Positions 34,497-46,727 of a stretch of 64,000 bases of DNA are shown in pieces. Every line of letters begins with the position of its first letter. Positions within the stretch are counted from its first letter, which is position 1. The notes beneath the pieces were generated by a model, which was not told the origin of the DNA, did no database searches, and worked only from the letters and a program-made list of their open reading frames with translations. Position numbers and translations under genes: made by a program. The DNA comes from Schizochytrium sp. TIO01 (lineage: Eukaryota; Protista; Bigyra: Labyrinthulomycetes), in assembly GCA_004764695.1 (NCBI GenBank), contig SMSO01000037.1:3076747-3140746 (forward strand). Reading direction: 5' to 3'.

Positions 34497-36074
34497 TTAC
34501 TCGATGAGGTCCTTGAGGTCCTCGTCGTCCTCAGCATCTCCCTCGCGCTTCTCAAAGGTGAGAACCTTGATCATGTTGGACTGTCCAGACACAGCATCGC
34601 GCATACCGTGCACGGCAACAAGCTGCTCGCCAGGCTGAAGCCAACCGAACTCGTGCGAGATCTCAGCTGCGCGAAGAAGAATTGAGTGCGTTCCAATCAT
34701 GGAGCCCATGACGCGAGCGCGGCATCCACGGAGAAGTCCCTCACACTGGCGGGCCGCCTCGGGGTCGGCAGTGAGCACAAGGATAGGCACAACGGGGCGG
34801 TACTTGGCAACAAGACGAGCGGTGGTACCGGTCTCAGTGAGCACAACGATGACCTTGGCGGACATATCCACGGCAGTCTTCACGGCAGAACTCGCGACAG
34901 CCTCGGGGGTGTCGAGCGGGCATCCGTTGCGGAGGAGGCTAATTGTAGTGCGAGTGGCATCGTAGAGCTTGGAGTGGTTGACAGCGGACTCGGCCTCGCG
35001 GCAGATAGAGGCCATCATGGTCACAGCCTCAAGAGGGTAGGCACCACCGGCAGACTCACCACTGAGCATGACAGCGTCGGAGCCATCGAGGACGGCGTTG
35101 GCGACATCAGTGCACTCAGCGCGAGTGGGACGCGGTGCGTTGATCATGGACTCGAGCATCTGTGTGGCAGTGATGACGGGCTTACCGACGACGTTGCAGC
35201 GGCGGATCATGTACTTCTGGGCGAGGAAGACGGCCTGGGAGCGAATCTCCATGCCGAGATCTCCGCGGGCAACCATGATACCGTCGGATGCCTCAAGAAT
35301 CTCGTCAAAGTTCTGGAGACCAGCCTCGTTCTCGATCTTGGAAATGATCTTAATGTGACGTCCGCGAGCTCCGAGCACCTCGCGGATCTTGTGCACGTCA
35401 GAGGCACGCTGAACAAAGGAAGCCGCAACAAAGTCAACGTTGTGCACGACGCCGAAGTTCACAAGATCGTTCTCGTCCTTCTCACCAATAGTGGGGAGGT
35501 CGACTTCCACGCCGGGAAGGTTCATGTTCTTGCGCTCAGAGAGCTTGCCGGAGTTGAGCATCTCGACAATGATGGAGTCCTCGAGAACCTCGACAACCTT
35601 CATGGTCAAGGATCCATCAGCAGCAAGGATGGTGCCGCCGACCTTGACGGATTTGCAGAGGCCCTTGTATGAGCATGCGAACTTCTTCTCGTCACCCTTG
35701 AACTCGTAGTCGGTGGTGATCTCGACATGGGCACCCTTCTGAAGCATAACGTGGTCTCCGTTGGCAAGGAAACCCGTGCGGACCTCGGGGCCCTTGGTGT
35801 CGAGGAGCACGGCGACCTGGCGGTCGGGGCGCTCAGCGGCGGCAGCGCGGATGTTGGCGAGGGTGTTAGCGTGCGTGGCGTGGTCTCCGTGGGAGAAGTT
35901 GAGGCGGCAGACGTTCATGCCGGCGTCAATCATCTTGACGAGCATGTCCTTGTCCCAACTGGAGGGTCCGATCGTGCACACGATCTTAGTCTTGCGCTCG
36001 CCGGTGGCGGGAGTCAGGATCGACTCGAGAGAGATGCCGCTGTTGCGGAGCGTGTGCGAGGCGTCGCTCATCAT
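34497..36074 (-). CDS. PYK: Pyruvate kinase, 525 aa
   Basis: RKTKIVCTIGP, RLNFSHG, LLDTKGPEVRTG, KIISKIEN, DGIMVARGDLGME, ATQMLESM, PRPTRAE, DAVMLSGESA. Strong C/G third-position codon bias. Confidence 0.98.
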   Translation of the reverse strand: MMSDASHTLRNSGISLESILTPATGERKTKIVCTIGPSSWDKDMLVKMIDAGMNVCRLNFSHGDHATHANTLANIRAAAAERPDRQVAVLLDTKGPEVRTGFLANGDHVMLQKGAHVEITTDYEFKGDEKKFACSYKGLCKSVKVGGTILAADGSLTMKVVEVLEDSIIVEMLNSGKLSERKNMNLPGVEVDLPTIGEKDENDLVNFGVVHNVDFVAASFVQRASDVHKIREVLGARGRHIKIISKIENEAGLQNFDEILEASDGIMVARGDLGMEIRSQAVFLAQKYMIRRCNVVGKPVITATQMLESMINAPRPTRAECTDVANAVLDGSDAVMLSGESAGGAYPLEAVTMMASICREAESAVNHSKLYDATRTTISLLRNGCPLDTPEAVASSAVKTAVDMSAKVIVVLTETGTTARLVAKYRPVVPILVLTADPEAARQCEGLLRGCRARVMGSMIGTHSILLRAAEISHEFGWLQPGEQLVAVHGMRDAVSGQSNMIKVLTFEKREGDAEDDEDLKDLIE

Positions 36075-36078
36075 CTTG

Positions 36079-36349
36079 CTAGAGGGGTGAAGAAGATACT
36101 TAGCTTCAAGAGTCCACGAACGAAGAAGGAAGAGTGAAGAGTTAGCGGCGGCTGCTGCTGCTGCTAGTCGTTTGCTGATAAAGCAAGGAGGGGGGGCTGC
36201 GGCACTCGCGGGAGCAGAGTGCTGAGCTGAGTTTGGCGTTTGGGTTCTGCCGCAGTTGACGAGCGAGCGATGGATCGATCAGCTCCGTCGACGACGATGT
36301 ATGAATCAACAATTTTTAGTTTTAGTTTTAGTTTTCGTGAGAAACTTAC
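36079..36349 (-). other. Probable 5'UTR intron of pyruvate kinase
   Basis: On the minus strand: donor GTAAGT starting at 36349, branch-like GCTAAC at 36146-36141, pyrimidine tract, and acceptor TAG|CAAGATG ending 4 nt before the ATG. Confidence 0.6.
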
Positions 36350-36924
36350 AACTTTGAAAAACAAAAACCATAACAATAACAATAATAAAAACTTAATTTA
36401 AAAAAAAAAAAAAAATACTGCTAAGCTAATAAACTGGCTTCTAGTGATACTTTCGATAGTATGATTACTCAAACGTTTCTTTTTAAAGCAATTTATATTT
36501 ATATTTAAAAATAAATAAATAATAATAATATCAATCATAGACAAAACTTTTAAAATCGAGCGATTGCTTTGAATAAGAAATGAGGACCCTTACACTTTTC
36601 ACTAGGCAGTGCATAGGCTCTCTGCAACACTGTGCGATTTGCCCATTTGCATTCTTGTGAATGGCAGGTCAGAATAAGGCACGAAAATGCCCTACAATGC
36701 GGAGCCGCACCGCCGAAAATATTTAGCCAAAGCATCGGAGCGGAAATCCCAGGGCTTGGAGTTCTCGACCATAGGTCAAACTTCTTTGAAAATGCCTGAC
36801 TCGGGTTTATTTGCTTGTTCACGAGGCGAGGGAATGCGACGGTGACCAAATGATCTTGCTTTGGGTGTACACATTTATACCATTTTTTTTTTTAATTTAC
36901 TCTAGATAGAGTAAATGAAAAAAT

Positions 36925-36960
36925 AAACAAACAAACAAACAAACAAACAAACAAACAAAC
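36925..36960. repeat. (AAAC)n microsatellite
   Basis: Directly visible. Confidence 0.95.
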
Positions 36961-37617
36961 TTAAGTTTGAAGGCCTTCTTTCCTTAATCGTAAAATGAAA
37001 CTTTCAAGATTGGCTTTCTGCGATGCCAAAAGAAAACTGAGAAGAACCGGCGAAGCCGTCTATTATTCTTCAAACCCACGCGCTTCGAGAACCAATCGGG
37101 ACCGGTCATTACATTAGCTCGCCAAGCGCCCTTTTGGAGCGCTCCTCTTCCAGTCATGCTCAGCCTAAAGTAGACAGCTCAAAAGCTCTCCTAATCGCAG
37201 AAAGCTCAGAAGTCCCAGTCTCAATCAACTCTGTTCGATTTACTTCTCAAAGTTCACCCCTCTTTTTTAAAGCAGCAATCTCACTCTAATAAACAACGCT
37301 TTCCCAACTATTTATACTATTTATTTATCGTCTACCTTATTTACCACTTCGAAAGACTTCTTTAAATATTTTAACTTATTTCTAAAAATAAAATGTTCTT
37401 TCCATTTATCGTTGTGACTGTGAAGGTCCTAAAAAGCCCGTCAAAGCTTGCTCTTCTTTCTTTCTTTCTTTCTTTCTCTCTTCCCTTCATTACGTTTCCT
37501 TCCACGTAACAGCACGTAACTTCTATACATTTCACAGACACAGCGATTGGTCAACATCGCTTCATTGGGCATGTTCGATAAACTAAAATCATCCTCTCAA
37601 TGAAAACTAACATTGAA

Positions 37618-37618
<1 letters not shown>

Positions 37619-37656
<38 letters not shown>
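37619..37656. repeat. (CAA)n microsatellite
   Basis: Directly visible. Confidence 0.95.
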
Positions 37657-38061
37657 AACCATTAACCTTTAAACATCGTTTGTTTTCATTGATAAACAGT
37701 AAAATAAAAGCGCCAACACTTTAATTATTCGACACCTCTTAACAAACAATTAACAACATCACAGCCTTCGCTCATTCTCTCTTTGTGCCTCCTCCTCGCC
37801 TCTTTTGTGCCCTCTCTCTCTGCGTCGCTGCTTCTCATTCATGTGACGCGCCCACGCCCGATGGGACACACTCTCTGTGTCGAGGGGGCAGTCGCGGAGT
37901 CTTTTGGGACAGCTCCAGAGGCCACGAAGAAAGAACTTGTTTGCGGGAGCAGCAATGATGAGATGGTCCACGATCTCCTCTGCGGCCTGCTCTCGCGCGG
38001 CCTCGAGGCCTCAGCGCCGACGCAGCCGCGCTGCCTAGCGAAGGAGCGCCAAGAGACGCGC

Positions 38062-38087
38062 AGCTAGCTAGCTAGCTAGCTAGCTAG
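38062..38087. repeat. (AGCT)n self-complementary microsatellite
   Basis: agctagctagctagctagctagctag. Confidence 0.9.
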
Positions 38088-41000
38088 AATGATAGACTGA
38101 TAGACAGAAGGTGCCTATTGGTTTGCCAAGCGCTGGATTCTGCGACGAAGAAGATGAGCTCATCAACGCCGCCCTTCGAGAGCTCCGGAGGGAAGGGAGG
38201 CCACGCGAGACCGGCAAAGGGCGCGGAGGAAGGCAGGCAGGCCGGCGCTGATGCAGGGCGGAGCAGAGAGCGGCTGGCTAGGCGGGCAGCGAGTCTCAAT
38301 TCAAGTCGAGGCCTGGTTATCTTTGCCAGGACTCGGAGAGATAACGCAGATAGATATTCGTTAACTGTACATATACAGATATAGAGAGAGAGAGAAATTC
38401 ATTCTTCTTGGTAAATTAAAGTAAATAGTTATAATTAAAAGTTAATGTGCACTTTGAGAAACCCTTACTATTTTATCATCTTATTTAATTTTATTTTTAA
38501 AATAAAGTAAATAAATAAAAATATTAAAATATGTGCATATACACATACATAAATAACTTGAATGGGATTATTTGCGTCGAAGAATCGATGTGATCTTGAT
38601 AGAATCCTGCGGATTCCAGGCACTCAAGGCCCGTGAAACTCGCTCGCTAAAGCTGGAGAGTCTTAAGAATGGAGTTCAACGTCAAGCCTCGGCTGTCTGC
38701 GTATGCCTTTGCTCTTTAGCCCTCACGCCCCATGTGCACTCGACCCGGCAAATGGCGAAAGATGTGAAGCAGTCGCACACTCATCCAAAGAAAAAAAATT
38801 AACAATCAATCGAAATAGCAACGCACGGAAAGGGGCAAAAACGGGCAAATCTTTGGCGGGCGCCCCGACAGAGTAAACTTGTAGTAAACCGCAAAGACAA
38901 TTATGTTATGCCCCTGAGCATCTCATTCTCATTCGACCCTTCTCTTACTTTAGTAGTGTGCGTTATTCACAGCTCTGGGACTAATTATAATTAATACTAG
39001 CTGAAAAGAAGAAAGTGTATGCAGAGTGAGAACGCTAAGAACGCTCTGCAGAGAAGGCTTCTTTCCGCTCGATAATTTTATCTTATCTCTACGTGGCTTT
39101 GGTCAGCCAATGCCACGATTGTATAAAGCGCGATGGGACGTTTAGCCGCTAAAGAAAATCGACGTATATATGCAGGTCCTCGAGCTGCTCCAGCGGCTTC
39201 AGGGCTGCTTGCGATCAATAATGGGTACAGGTTGCACGACGAGTTCATCGAGATTGATCTGGGAGATAGAAGAACAGAACGTTCTGTGCGAGCGGCACCA
39301 ATTTTCTGTGGTCGGGGCATTGCAGGAGTCGAGTGAGCGAGAGACCCAAAAGACACTCGAAGATCCCTCAAAGGCCGTCGCAGATGCCGACGTCGTCGTT
39401 GCACTTACTGCCGAAGTTGGTTGCGGATTGGATTTTTGATGATGACCTAGCTGATGTATTTGTCACAGTAGAGAGTAGCAACCAGCAAGGGAACAACAGG
39501 GTTTTGATAAATTCTTGAAAATGAGATAGCGCAACCTACTTCTAGATAGAATCAACTGAGGATGACGCAGGGCTTTTGTGGGAGCGTTACGATTGATGCC
39601 TGTGAATCAATTTAAAAGTTCTTGTGGGAAGGTACCTACTAGCTAGCTATGATGATGTACCTTTTTACTTATTCTAGCTTGACCCAAGTTTATTTCTTTA
39701 TTTATGCATATACATTAAAGAAAAGGATTTAGTTTGTTTTTAATTGAATCGTCAGCGCGAGGACCTAGACAAGATAACGAAGCGGATTAATCAGTTGTGG
39801 CCCCTCTGAGCGACTTTAGAGGCGAGGAATGTTTTGAATTGGCGCCGCTGCTATGTAGATCGCAAGTTGGTTCAAGCCCATGTACAAGCCCTTTCGATAC
39901 AACTCAGGGATTCGGGGGAGGTAAAAGTTAAACGTCAATATATGAATAGAATTATGATCGCGCATTATCGGATAAGCGGATAGCACTTACTTTTAAAGAC
40001 CGTTCAAAGGCATGCAACGAGTTCCTGCCTAAAGGTCCAGTCGTCACCAGCGGCACTGCTTAGTTGCCAAGGGCCGTATTATTATGAAAGCATCACCCCC
40101 CCCCCACACACACGATATTGCGTAGAGCCAAAACTAACTATGGGACTCTTGCCACCTTTGCGCCTTCAATAACTGATGGAGATGCGGATGCTAGTGAAGC
40201 ATTAGTTTATAAGAATGCCACGTACGCAATCAACACAATCACTCTTCAAAGATTTTGTTTTATTCGTGGCGGGGCGCAGCTGTCTCTATGATAAAACAAT
40301 GGTTTAACTTGCTTTGGACTGAGAGAATATGTCCCCATCTTGACGTTCGTAGCAGGAATAGCGTGCCAAGCCCGGCCTCGTGTGTCTCCACTGAAGTGCA
40401 GCCCACTGTAAGTCAGGATTCTTTCACAAATTTGAAAAACAGCTTCCTCGTAAGAAAAAATATCCTAGAGGTATATGTTAGGAAACTAATGCTACAGATT
40501 TTTTAATTAGATTATCTCTTTTATAATCAAAGAATGCAATTTGTCCTTTTCAGCTGTGAGGGACTTCACAAACAAGAAATCTGTGTGAGACTATGTATAT
40601 AATATAAAATTCTAAAAAGAATATGGGGACCCATTCTAGGTTATACGAGTTCCCAGGGAAACCAAAGGCGTTCTCATGTGAATCGTATTGAGAATCTGTT
40701 TTCTAGGCCCTTGTGAGAGTCCCCGCAGACAGAAAAATCGTTTGTGTGAATCAAGGTCTAAAAACGAGCTATAGAATTCAGTTTTGCAACATCATGATTA
40801 TATATCACTGTTTAGGACCATATCTGTCAAAGACAGAATGAAAATTGGATCTGCAGTATATGCGAAATGACGCTCTTTAAACACCTTCGCATGGGAACCA
40901 GACGTGACCTACAAAGCAGGGTTACTGAAGAAGCGAAAACGCCACTAGTTACCCTTTAGCAGTAAACCTGAATGCGGATTGTGTACATCAAGACATGGGC

Positions 41001-43000
41001 GTTTCTATTGTCATTATTCAAAACTGCGAAACAAGATTTGAAATCTTTCCAAAGAACTACAACGACATCATTGTGTTTTCTTCTCATCGCTGCTCGTCTG
41101 TCCCATCCTAGGATGCAGATTTTGTCAAATGATGTGATTCGAAGCCCCGAATATGTATTATCGCTGTCGAGAATATATTGGCACAGCCATTTCGATAATT
41201 GAACATCACAGATAATTAAGATCTCTACATGTCTCTCGCGAGTCATGCCGAGGTCGCAGATCGCGACAGCATCTATCTCCAAAGATCAAGTCAGCCTCAA
41301 GTCTCGGCATTTCAATTGCACTGTACCTATCAACTAGAACCAACAGTATCCCAGATCGGTGGTCTCCGCCGAAACCCCGCGCAAAGCTCTTCGATTCCCC
41401 TTTCCCCCAGCACCAGAATGCTTCACCTTTCACGCTCACCACCAATAAGTTTCTTCTGAGGTGATAGTCGGTGTCGCGTCGATGGACGCCCTTCCCATCT
41501 CAATAAAGTCAGCTTTGCTCACGTTTCTCACTTGCCTCTGGCGCAGTCAGTCTACTCTACTCGCGCTTCTACTTCAATCTATCCACGCTCCACCAACCCA
41601 GCCGCTTTGACTTCTTTCTTCAACCTCCTTCAACCTCCTTCGAGTCAGCGAAGAACAGTTCGGAGCTCTGGCGGGAACCAGAGAACGCACTTGCCTGTGT
41701 TTTCCTCTCACCCCTCTAGTCCTACCACTGGCCCTATCGGACTCCTAGTAGCCGCTGTAAATCAAAAGTAACCTCTCTCATTTAAAGTGAGTTCCGCGGA
41801 GGTTTTTCTCGCCCGGTCTCTTTCTCCCCTTTTCAAAAGAATTTGTTACTTTTAGATTTTAATTCACTTTCTTTCTTTCAAACAAAAAAAAATATCAATT
41901 AAAGTTAAGAACTTTATTTTTTTTTTAATCTAATCTAAATTAAAACGCTTTGTCTGAGGGTACTGATGTTACCGGTTTATGTAGTGGCCCCTAGAGGTCG
42001 ATTCGATTTGAAAAGAAGGAATCTTTAAGGAGAATGGCGATTCTTGTTTTTGTTTTTAGTTTAAAATAAAAAGTGGGCCTTCTTTCTTATTGCGGAATCA
42101 ATAAATCAACGAATCAACAAATCAATAAATGATACAATCAATGAATAATGCTGCTCGGTTCAAGATCGGGAATAGAAGTCCAGAGCGCCTTTCGTGAATG
42201 ATCAGAGGCGTTTCGAAAGTCTCGCGATATCCTCAATTGGCGACGAGCGAAGACGGAATCATTGGAGCACAGGGTATCATCAGGGCGACTTTTGCAGAAT
42301 GCTGCGAAACAATGAGTCGTCGCTCTGTTAGGTGAAGCAACGAATGCGTCTCCAAATCGCTCGAAAGTGAAAGAAGTTGATGAAGCAATCAAAACCTTCA
42401 CCAAGGTGGAAACCTTCAACTAACCGCGCACTGATCCCGACTAGTGCACGACGAGGCCTCCTCTGGCAGTCTAAAAGCAGACGAGCACGCGAACAGCTTG
42501 AAACGAACAGCTCGGCTGCGAGCTCTGGAGTGCCTTCGGTCCCCAAGACAGGACATATAGATGGCGATGAGACTTGCGAAAGCACCTCGAAGAGGCACCC
42601 CATCCCGTCTGCTGCTGCCTGCGTCCAGGACTTGCAAGGCAAGCAAGCACTGCGCGTAGTTGGAGGTGAACGTGGCGGTGATGGCGATGTCAATGTCGGA
42701 CTTATCCAGCTCAGGAAGCAGAACAAAGCGAGGCCCGAGCAGGTCCGAGTGAACCCCGCCAACGATCCAACAGCACCGCATTTGTTCATTCATTCATTCA
42801 TTTCTTTCTTTCTTTCTTTCGTTCGTTCGTTCGTTCGCTCATTCGTTCTTTCTTCTTTCTTTCTCTTTCTTTCTTATTGATATCTATCTATCTATCTATT
42901 TATTTATTATAATAATTGTATCTATTAAAAGCACCGCTTATTGAAAGTATAGAACAAGTTGTGAATGTAATTGTTAAAGTTAAAGTTTTAAAGAGGAATG

Positions 43001-43063
43001 ATTTCTTTTGTTTTCTTTTGTTTTCTTTTGTTTTCTTTTGTTTTCTTTTGTTTTCTTTTGTTT
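43001..43063. repeat. (TTTTCTTTTG)n decamer repeat
   Basis: Directly visible, about 6 copies. Confidence 0.92.
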
Positions 43064-44535
43064 AGTTTCTAAATTAATAGATAAAGCATTTTGTAAGCGT
43101 CGAGGAGACTTGGGGAGAACTGGTCGAGATGACAAGTTTAGCTTTGATTCATAAAGATCCTGCGGCAAGTGTTGACAGCGTGGCACGCCTTCTTCTTCAC
43201 AACGACGGGATACGCAACTTGGAAAACGAGTCCTAACACGCGAAAGAGCAAACGGCTAAGATGCTGGTATGTAAGCGGGACGTATGATCTTCTACTAGTG
43301 CGCCGTATTACAAAGTTAACTTGGGAGACCATCGATAGCGCAATCACTTGGTAATTGGAGAGAGAACCGTTCTCTCGAAAGATATTTTCTTAATGAATAT
43401 GGATGGCAGATTGAGGATTCCGCTGGTGATTATTCTACACATGTGTAAGAACCTAAGCTTGGAACAATGGCAACAGTATTTAGATCATATCTGAATACGT
43501 GGAAGAAGGCCTTCGTCATGAACACGTAGGCGTCGATACGTTTTTACTTCTCAACATGCAACTTATACCTGCTTATGTTCTGCCATCCCTAACCTTTGAG
43601 AACCTTTAAATCCAGCATTCGCTATTTTGTAATCACTTTCTTATGCCACATATACAAATTATTTTTTATCTCCATCTTTCTCATTTTCTTTCCTTTTTAC
43701 TCCATTACTTTTCATTTTTATAAGTCATGAAGTACTACAGCTATCCAAACAAATGTCTATGACGAAGGTTATAGGTTCTGGTTTTTTCTTTTCAACAAGA
43801 TGTATAAGATGTGCCTTATATGCAGTAGCGTTTTGTCGTTGTCCGAACTTGAAAACCTCTCTTGCCTATAGCAGCATCATAATGTGGCCTCCTCCCCAAA
43901 GATTTCAATCTGACAGCGTAAGCACCAGATCGACTTTTCAATAGTCTTTTGGCACTTCATTTCTTTTCGATTCTCCACTTCTATGCAAGTTCCTCTTGTT
44001 TCTTCATCGTGTTTTTGTTGTTGTTTAAACTAAATATTTTTATTTTTATTTTGTTAAAACATAGTATTCTTTCATTAAGTCCTTCCCTTCCCCTTGCCTT
44101 GTTGACAGCAATTACCTTCTGTTCCTCTATTTACAAAAGCTCGACTCGTCATCCATCGTGGCGAGTCCGCATTCCAACTCGACGCTGGTTTATAATCAAA
44201 TAAACAAACAACTATAACTTCATATGCAAACCTCAACCAAGCACCTGAGTAGAATCTGAAGTGCACATCATCATCGTCGAATCACCATCAATCAAGCTTC
44301 TCATGGCCTCCTTTTATTCAACCATCGACACATCAGTTCGGCCTTCAATCAATCAATCAATCAGTCAATCAAAGCAAGCAAGTCAAGTTTCTTACAATAA
44401 ATGATGATGCGACGACAATGCTTCCTCACTCACTCACTCACTCACTCTCTTGAAATATGAACACCTCAAACAAATCCCATCTCCATCGCCATCATCTCAT
44501 CAACTATCCGAGCTCTGCTCAATCAATCATGTCTC

Positions 44536-44700
44536 CATTCATTCCTTCCTTCATTCATTCATTCATTGACATTGATTGATTGATTGATTCATTGAATCAT
44601 AGATTGAATCATTGATTGATTGATTGATTCATTGAATCATAGATTGAATCATTGACATTGATTGATTCATTGAATCATTGATTGAATCATTCATTCATTT
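44536..44700. repeat. Compound (CATT)/(GATT) microsatellite with an internal ~40-bp duplication
   Basis: cattgattgattgattgattcattgaatcatagattgaat occurs twice in tandem, followed by a degenerate third copy. Confidence 0.88.
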
Positions 44701-45118
44701 GTCTGTCTCTTTGTTTGTTTGCTGTTTGTTTGATCATCTGATATTTTGCCGCCTTCGCACCGACTCGGACGATTGTCGGCGGCAGCTCCTCGGGATCGCG
44801 TCAGCGCCCGCCCATGTCACCGCCATCCGCTACCTCCCTCGCTCTACGTCCAAATCGGCGACGAGGGCGTAGAGGCGCGGCTCCTGGCTACCCCGGGGAG
44901 CGACCCTGTCACGAGCAAGGCCTCGCTCTGCACGTTGCCGATCTCCAAGTCGCCCACCGCCACGCTCGCCGAGACCTCCTTCGAGAGAAGGCGCTTGGCG
45001 CACAAGTGGGTACACACTGGGAGAAAGGGGTGCGCGGGTACACACGGGGTGCGCGGGAGGACCTGGCGATGATTGGCGCTGGGACTCTGGAATTGTGGAG
45101 AAGAAATGGGAAATGAAG

Positions 45119-45157
45119 AGAGTGAGTGAGTGAGTGAGTGAGTGAGTGAGTGAGTGA
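45119..45157. repeat. (TGAG)n microsatellite upstream of ESF2
   Basis: Directly visible. Confidence 0.93.
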
Positions 45158-45258
45158 GAGAAGAATATACAAGAGCGGCAAAACCAAGAAGCGGCCTTGG
45201 CTGGCAGAGATTCGCTTGCTCGTTGTGGCCGGCAGCATCGATTGGCGGTGCAGCAAGG

Positions 45259-46221
45259 ATGGCACGCAAGAGCAAAGAGGTTGAGAAGGAGGTCCGCGAG
45301 GAAGAAGTGCTCGACTCCGCTTCTGAAGATGGCCAGGACGACCAGCAAGATGAGAATCAAGAAGTTGAAAGCAGCGAGGAGGACCTGAAGGAAGACGAAG
45401 AGAATGGAGAGGAAGAAGACGAGGACGAAGACGATGACGAAGATCTCGTCGAAGATGGAGATGAAAATGTTGACAGTGGCGAGGAAGGCGAGGAAGATGG
45501 CGCAAAAACCGAACGCAAGTCCATCATCAAGCCTACTGAAGCTGTTCTGAGAGCGCTCGAAGCTCGCGAAGATGGCTCAAAACGGAAGCGTCAGCGTCGA
45601 GGCGTCGTGTACATTGCTCACCCCCCTGCGTTTATGAAACCTGTCAAAGTGCGGCACCTTTTGAGCCAGTATGGTGAGGTGACGAATTTGTACTTGGTAC
45701 CCGAAGATGTGGGAGCTCGCAAGCGCCGCACGCGTGGAGGAGGTAGCAGCAAGATCAAATATACAGAGGGATGGATCGAATTTGCTGACCGCAAGATTGC
45801 CAAGGCTGTCGCAAACTCTCTCAACAACGTCCCGGTTGGAGGACACAGACGCAACTTTCACCACGACACCCTTTGGATGCTTAAGTACTTACCTGGATTC
45901 GAGTGGTCTCACCTGACTGAAAAACAAGCTTACGAACGGCGCACTAAGAAGGCTCGCCTTCGGGCTGAGCTTGCGCACGCTAAGCGCCAGAACGAACGCT
46001 ACGTTGAAAAGGTAGCGATTGAGAGACACATTCAACATAAGTCAAAGGCTGGTGAAGAAGACCACGATGCTGGTGATAGTGGTGATGACCGTCGGGCAAA
46101 GAAACCTAAGCGCGAAGCCAAGCGCTCCTTTAAACAGTTGGAGTCCCGTGATGAGTACAAGGCGAAGAAGGAGGGCCGCCAAGATAAGGCCCCTGCGTTC
46201 TTGGGAAATATCTTCACTTAG
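45259..46221 (+). CDS. ESF2: Pre-rRNA processing protein ESF2 / activator of basal transcription ABT1 family, ~320 aa
   Basis: Acidic N-terminus, then GVVYIAHPPAFMKPVKVRHLLSQYGEV, YTEGWIEFADRKIAKAVANSLNN, LWMLKYLPGFEWSHLTE and ARLRAELAHAKRQNERY, which match the ESF2/ABT1 RRM core. First in-frame ATG is at 45259; the ORF-track start at 45154 lies in a TGAG microsatellite. Confidence 0.93.
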   Translation: MARKSKEVEKEVREEEVLDSASEDGQDDQQDENQEVESSEEDLKEDEENGEEEDEDEDDDEDLVEDGDENVDSGEEGEEDGAKTERKSIIKPTEAVLRALEAREDGSKRKRQRRGVVYIAHPPAFMKPVKVRHLLSQYGEVTNLYLVPEDVGARKRRTRGGGSSKIKYTEGWIEFADRKIAKAVANSLNNVPVGGHRRNFHHDTLWMLKYLPGFEWSHLTEKQAYERRTKKARLRAELAHAKRQNERYVEKVAIERHIQHKSKAGEEDHDAGDSGDDRRAKKPKREAKRSFKQLESRDEYKAKKEGRQDKAPAFLGNIFT

Positions 46222-46727
46222 AATGGTTGAGATTCCCTCCCACCCACCGCTTATCGCATAGGCGTGGGCGCAATCTGCGCCACACGCGAACCTGGGTTCT
46301 TCAGATTTTGGGCCTCCGTCACTGGACCTTGACGACTTATATTTCTTCTGTAGTATGTAACCAAGCAACGAAAACTTCAAATTTTACAACCCTATCTTTA
46401 CTTTTAACATGCAATCTTCTTGATAATGAAAACAAACTTGCAGATTTTGTTTATTGAAGGTTCTAGAGTTGGATCGACGGAGGATTGCGTTCCTGCTAAA
46501 AGGAAAAATTGAAAAGTGTGTTCAAGTTTTGTCGTGTTCTGATCCCTTTCTTAAAGATTACATGAACAGGCAGAGTCGTCTCATAAGACGATCAGCACAT
46601 ACACAGTTCAGTAGCTGATCACTTGCTACGGAAAAGGTGAGCTCTTGCCCTTCAAAGGGAAATAATGAATAAAAAACAAATAATGAGAAAAGACAACGAG
46701 TTTTTAAGAAAAACAAACTATATATGT

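Noticed and set aside
34230-34685. 151-aa plus-strand ORF overlapping the pyruvate kinase 3' end
   Set aside because: It runs antisense through the PK 3' end and UTR and has no domain signal.
34686-35672. 328-aa ORF antisense to pyruvate kinase
   Set aside because: Expected shadow of strong codon bias on the coding strand; it has no motifs and starts at a non-ATG codon.
39133-39518. Short ORFs with a Rossmann-like phrase (EDPSKAVADADVVVALT)
   Set aside because: Too short, with no supporting motifs or splice structure; could be chance.
45154-45258. N-terminal extension of ESF2 given by the ORF track
   Set aside because: It starts at a GTG inside the (TGAG)n repeat; the first ATG at 45259 is the plausible eukaryotic start.
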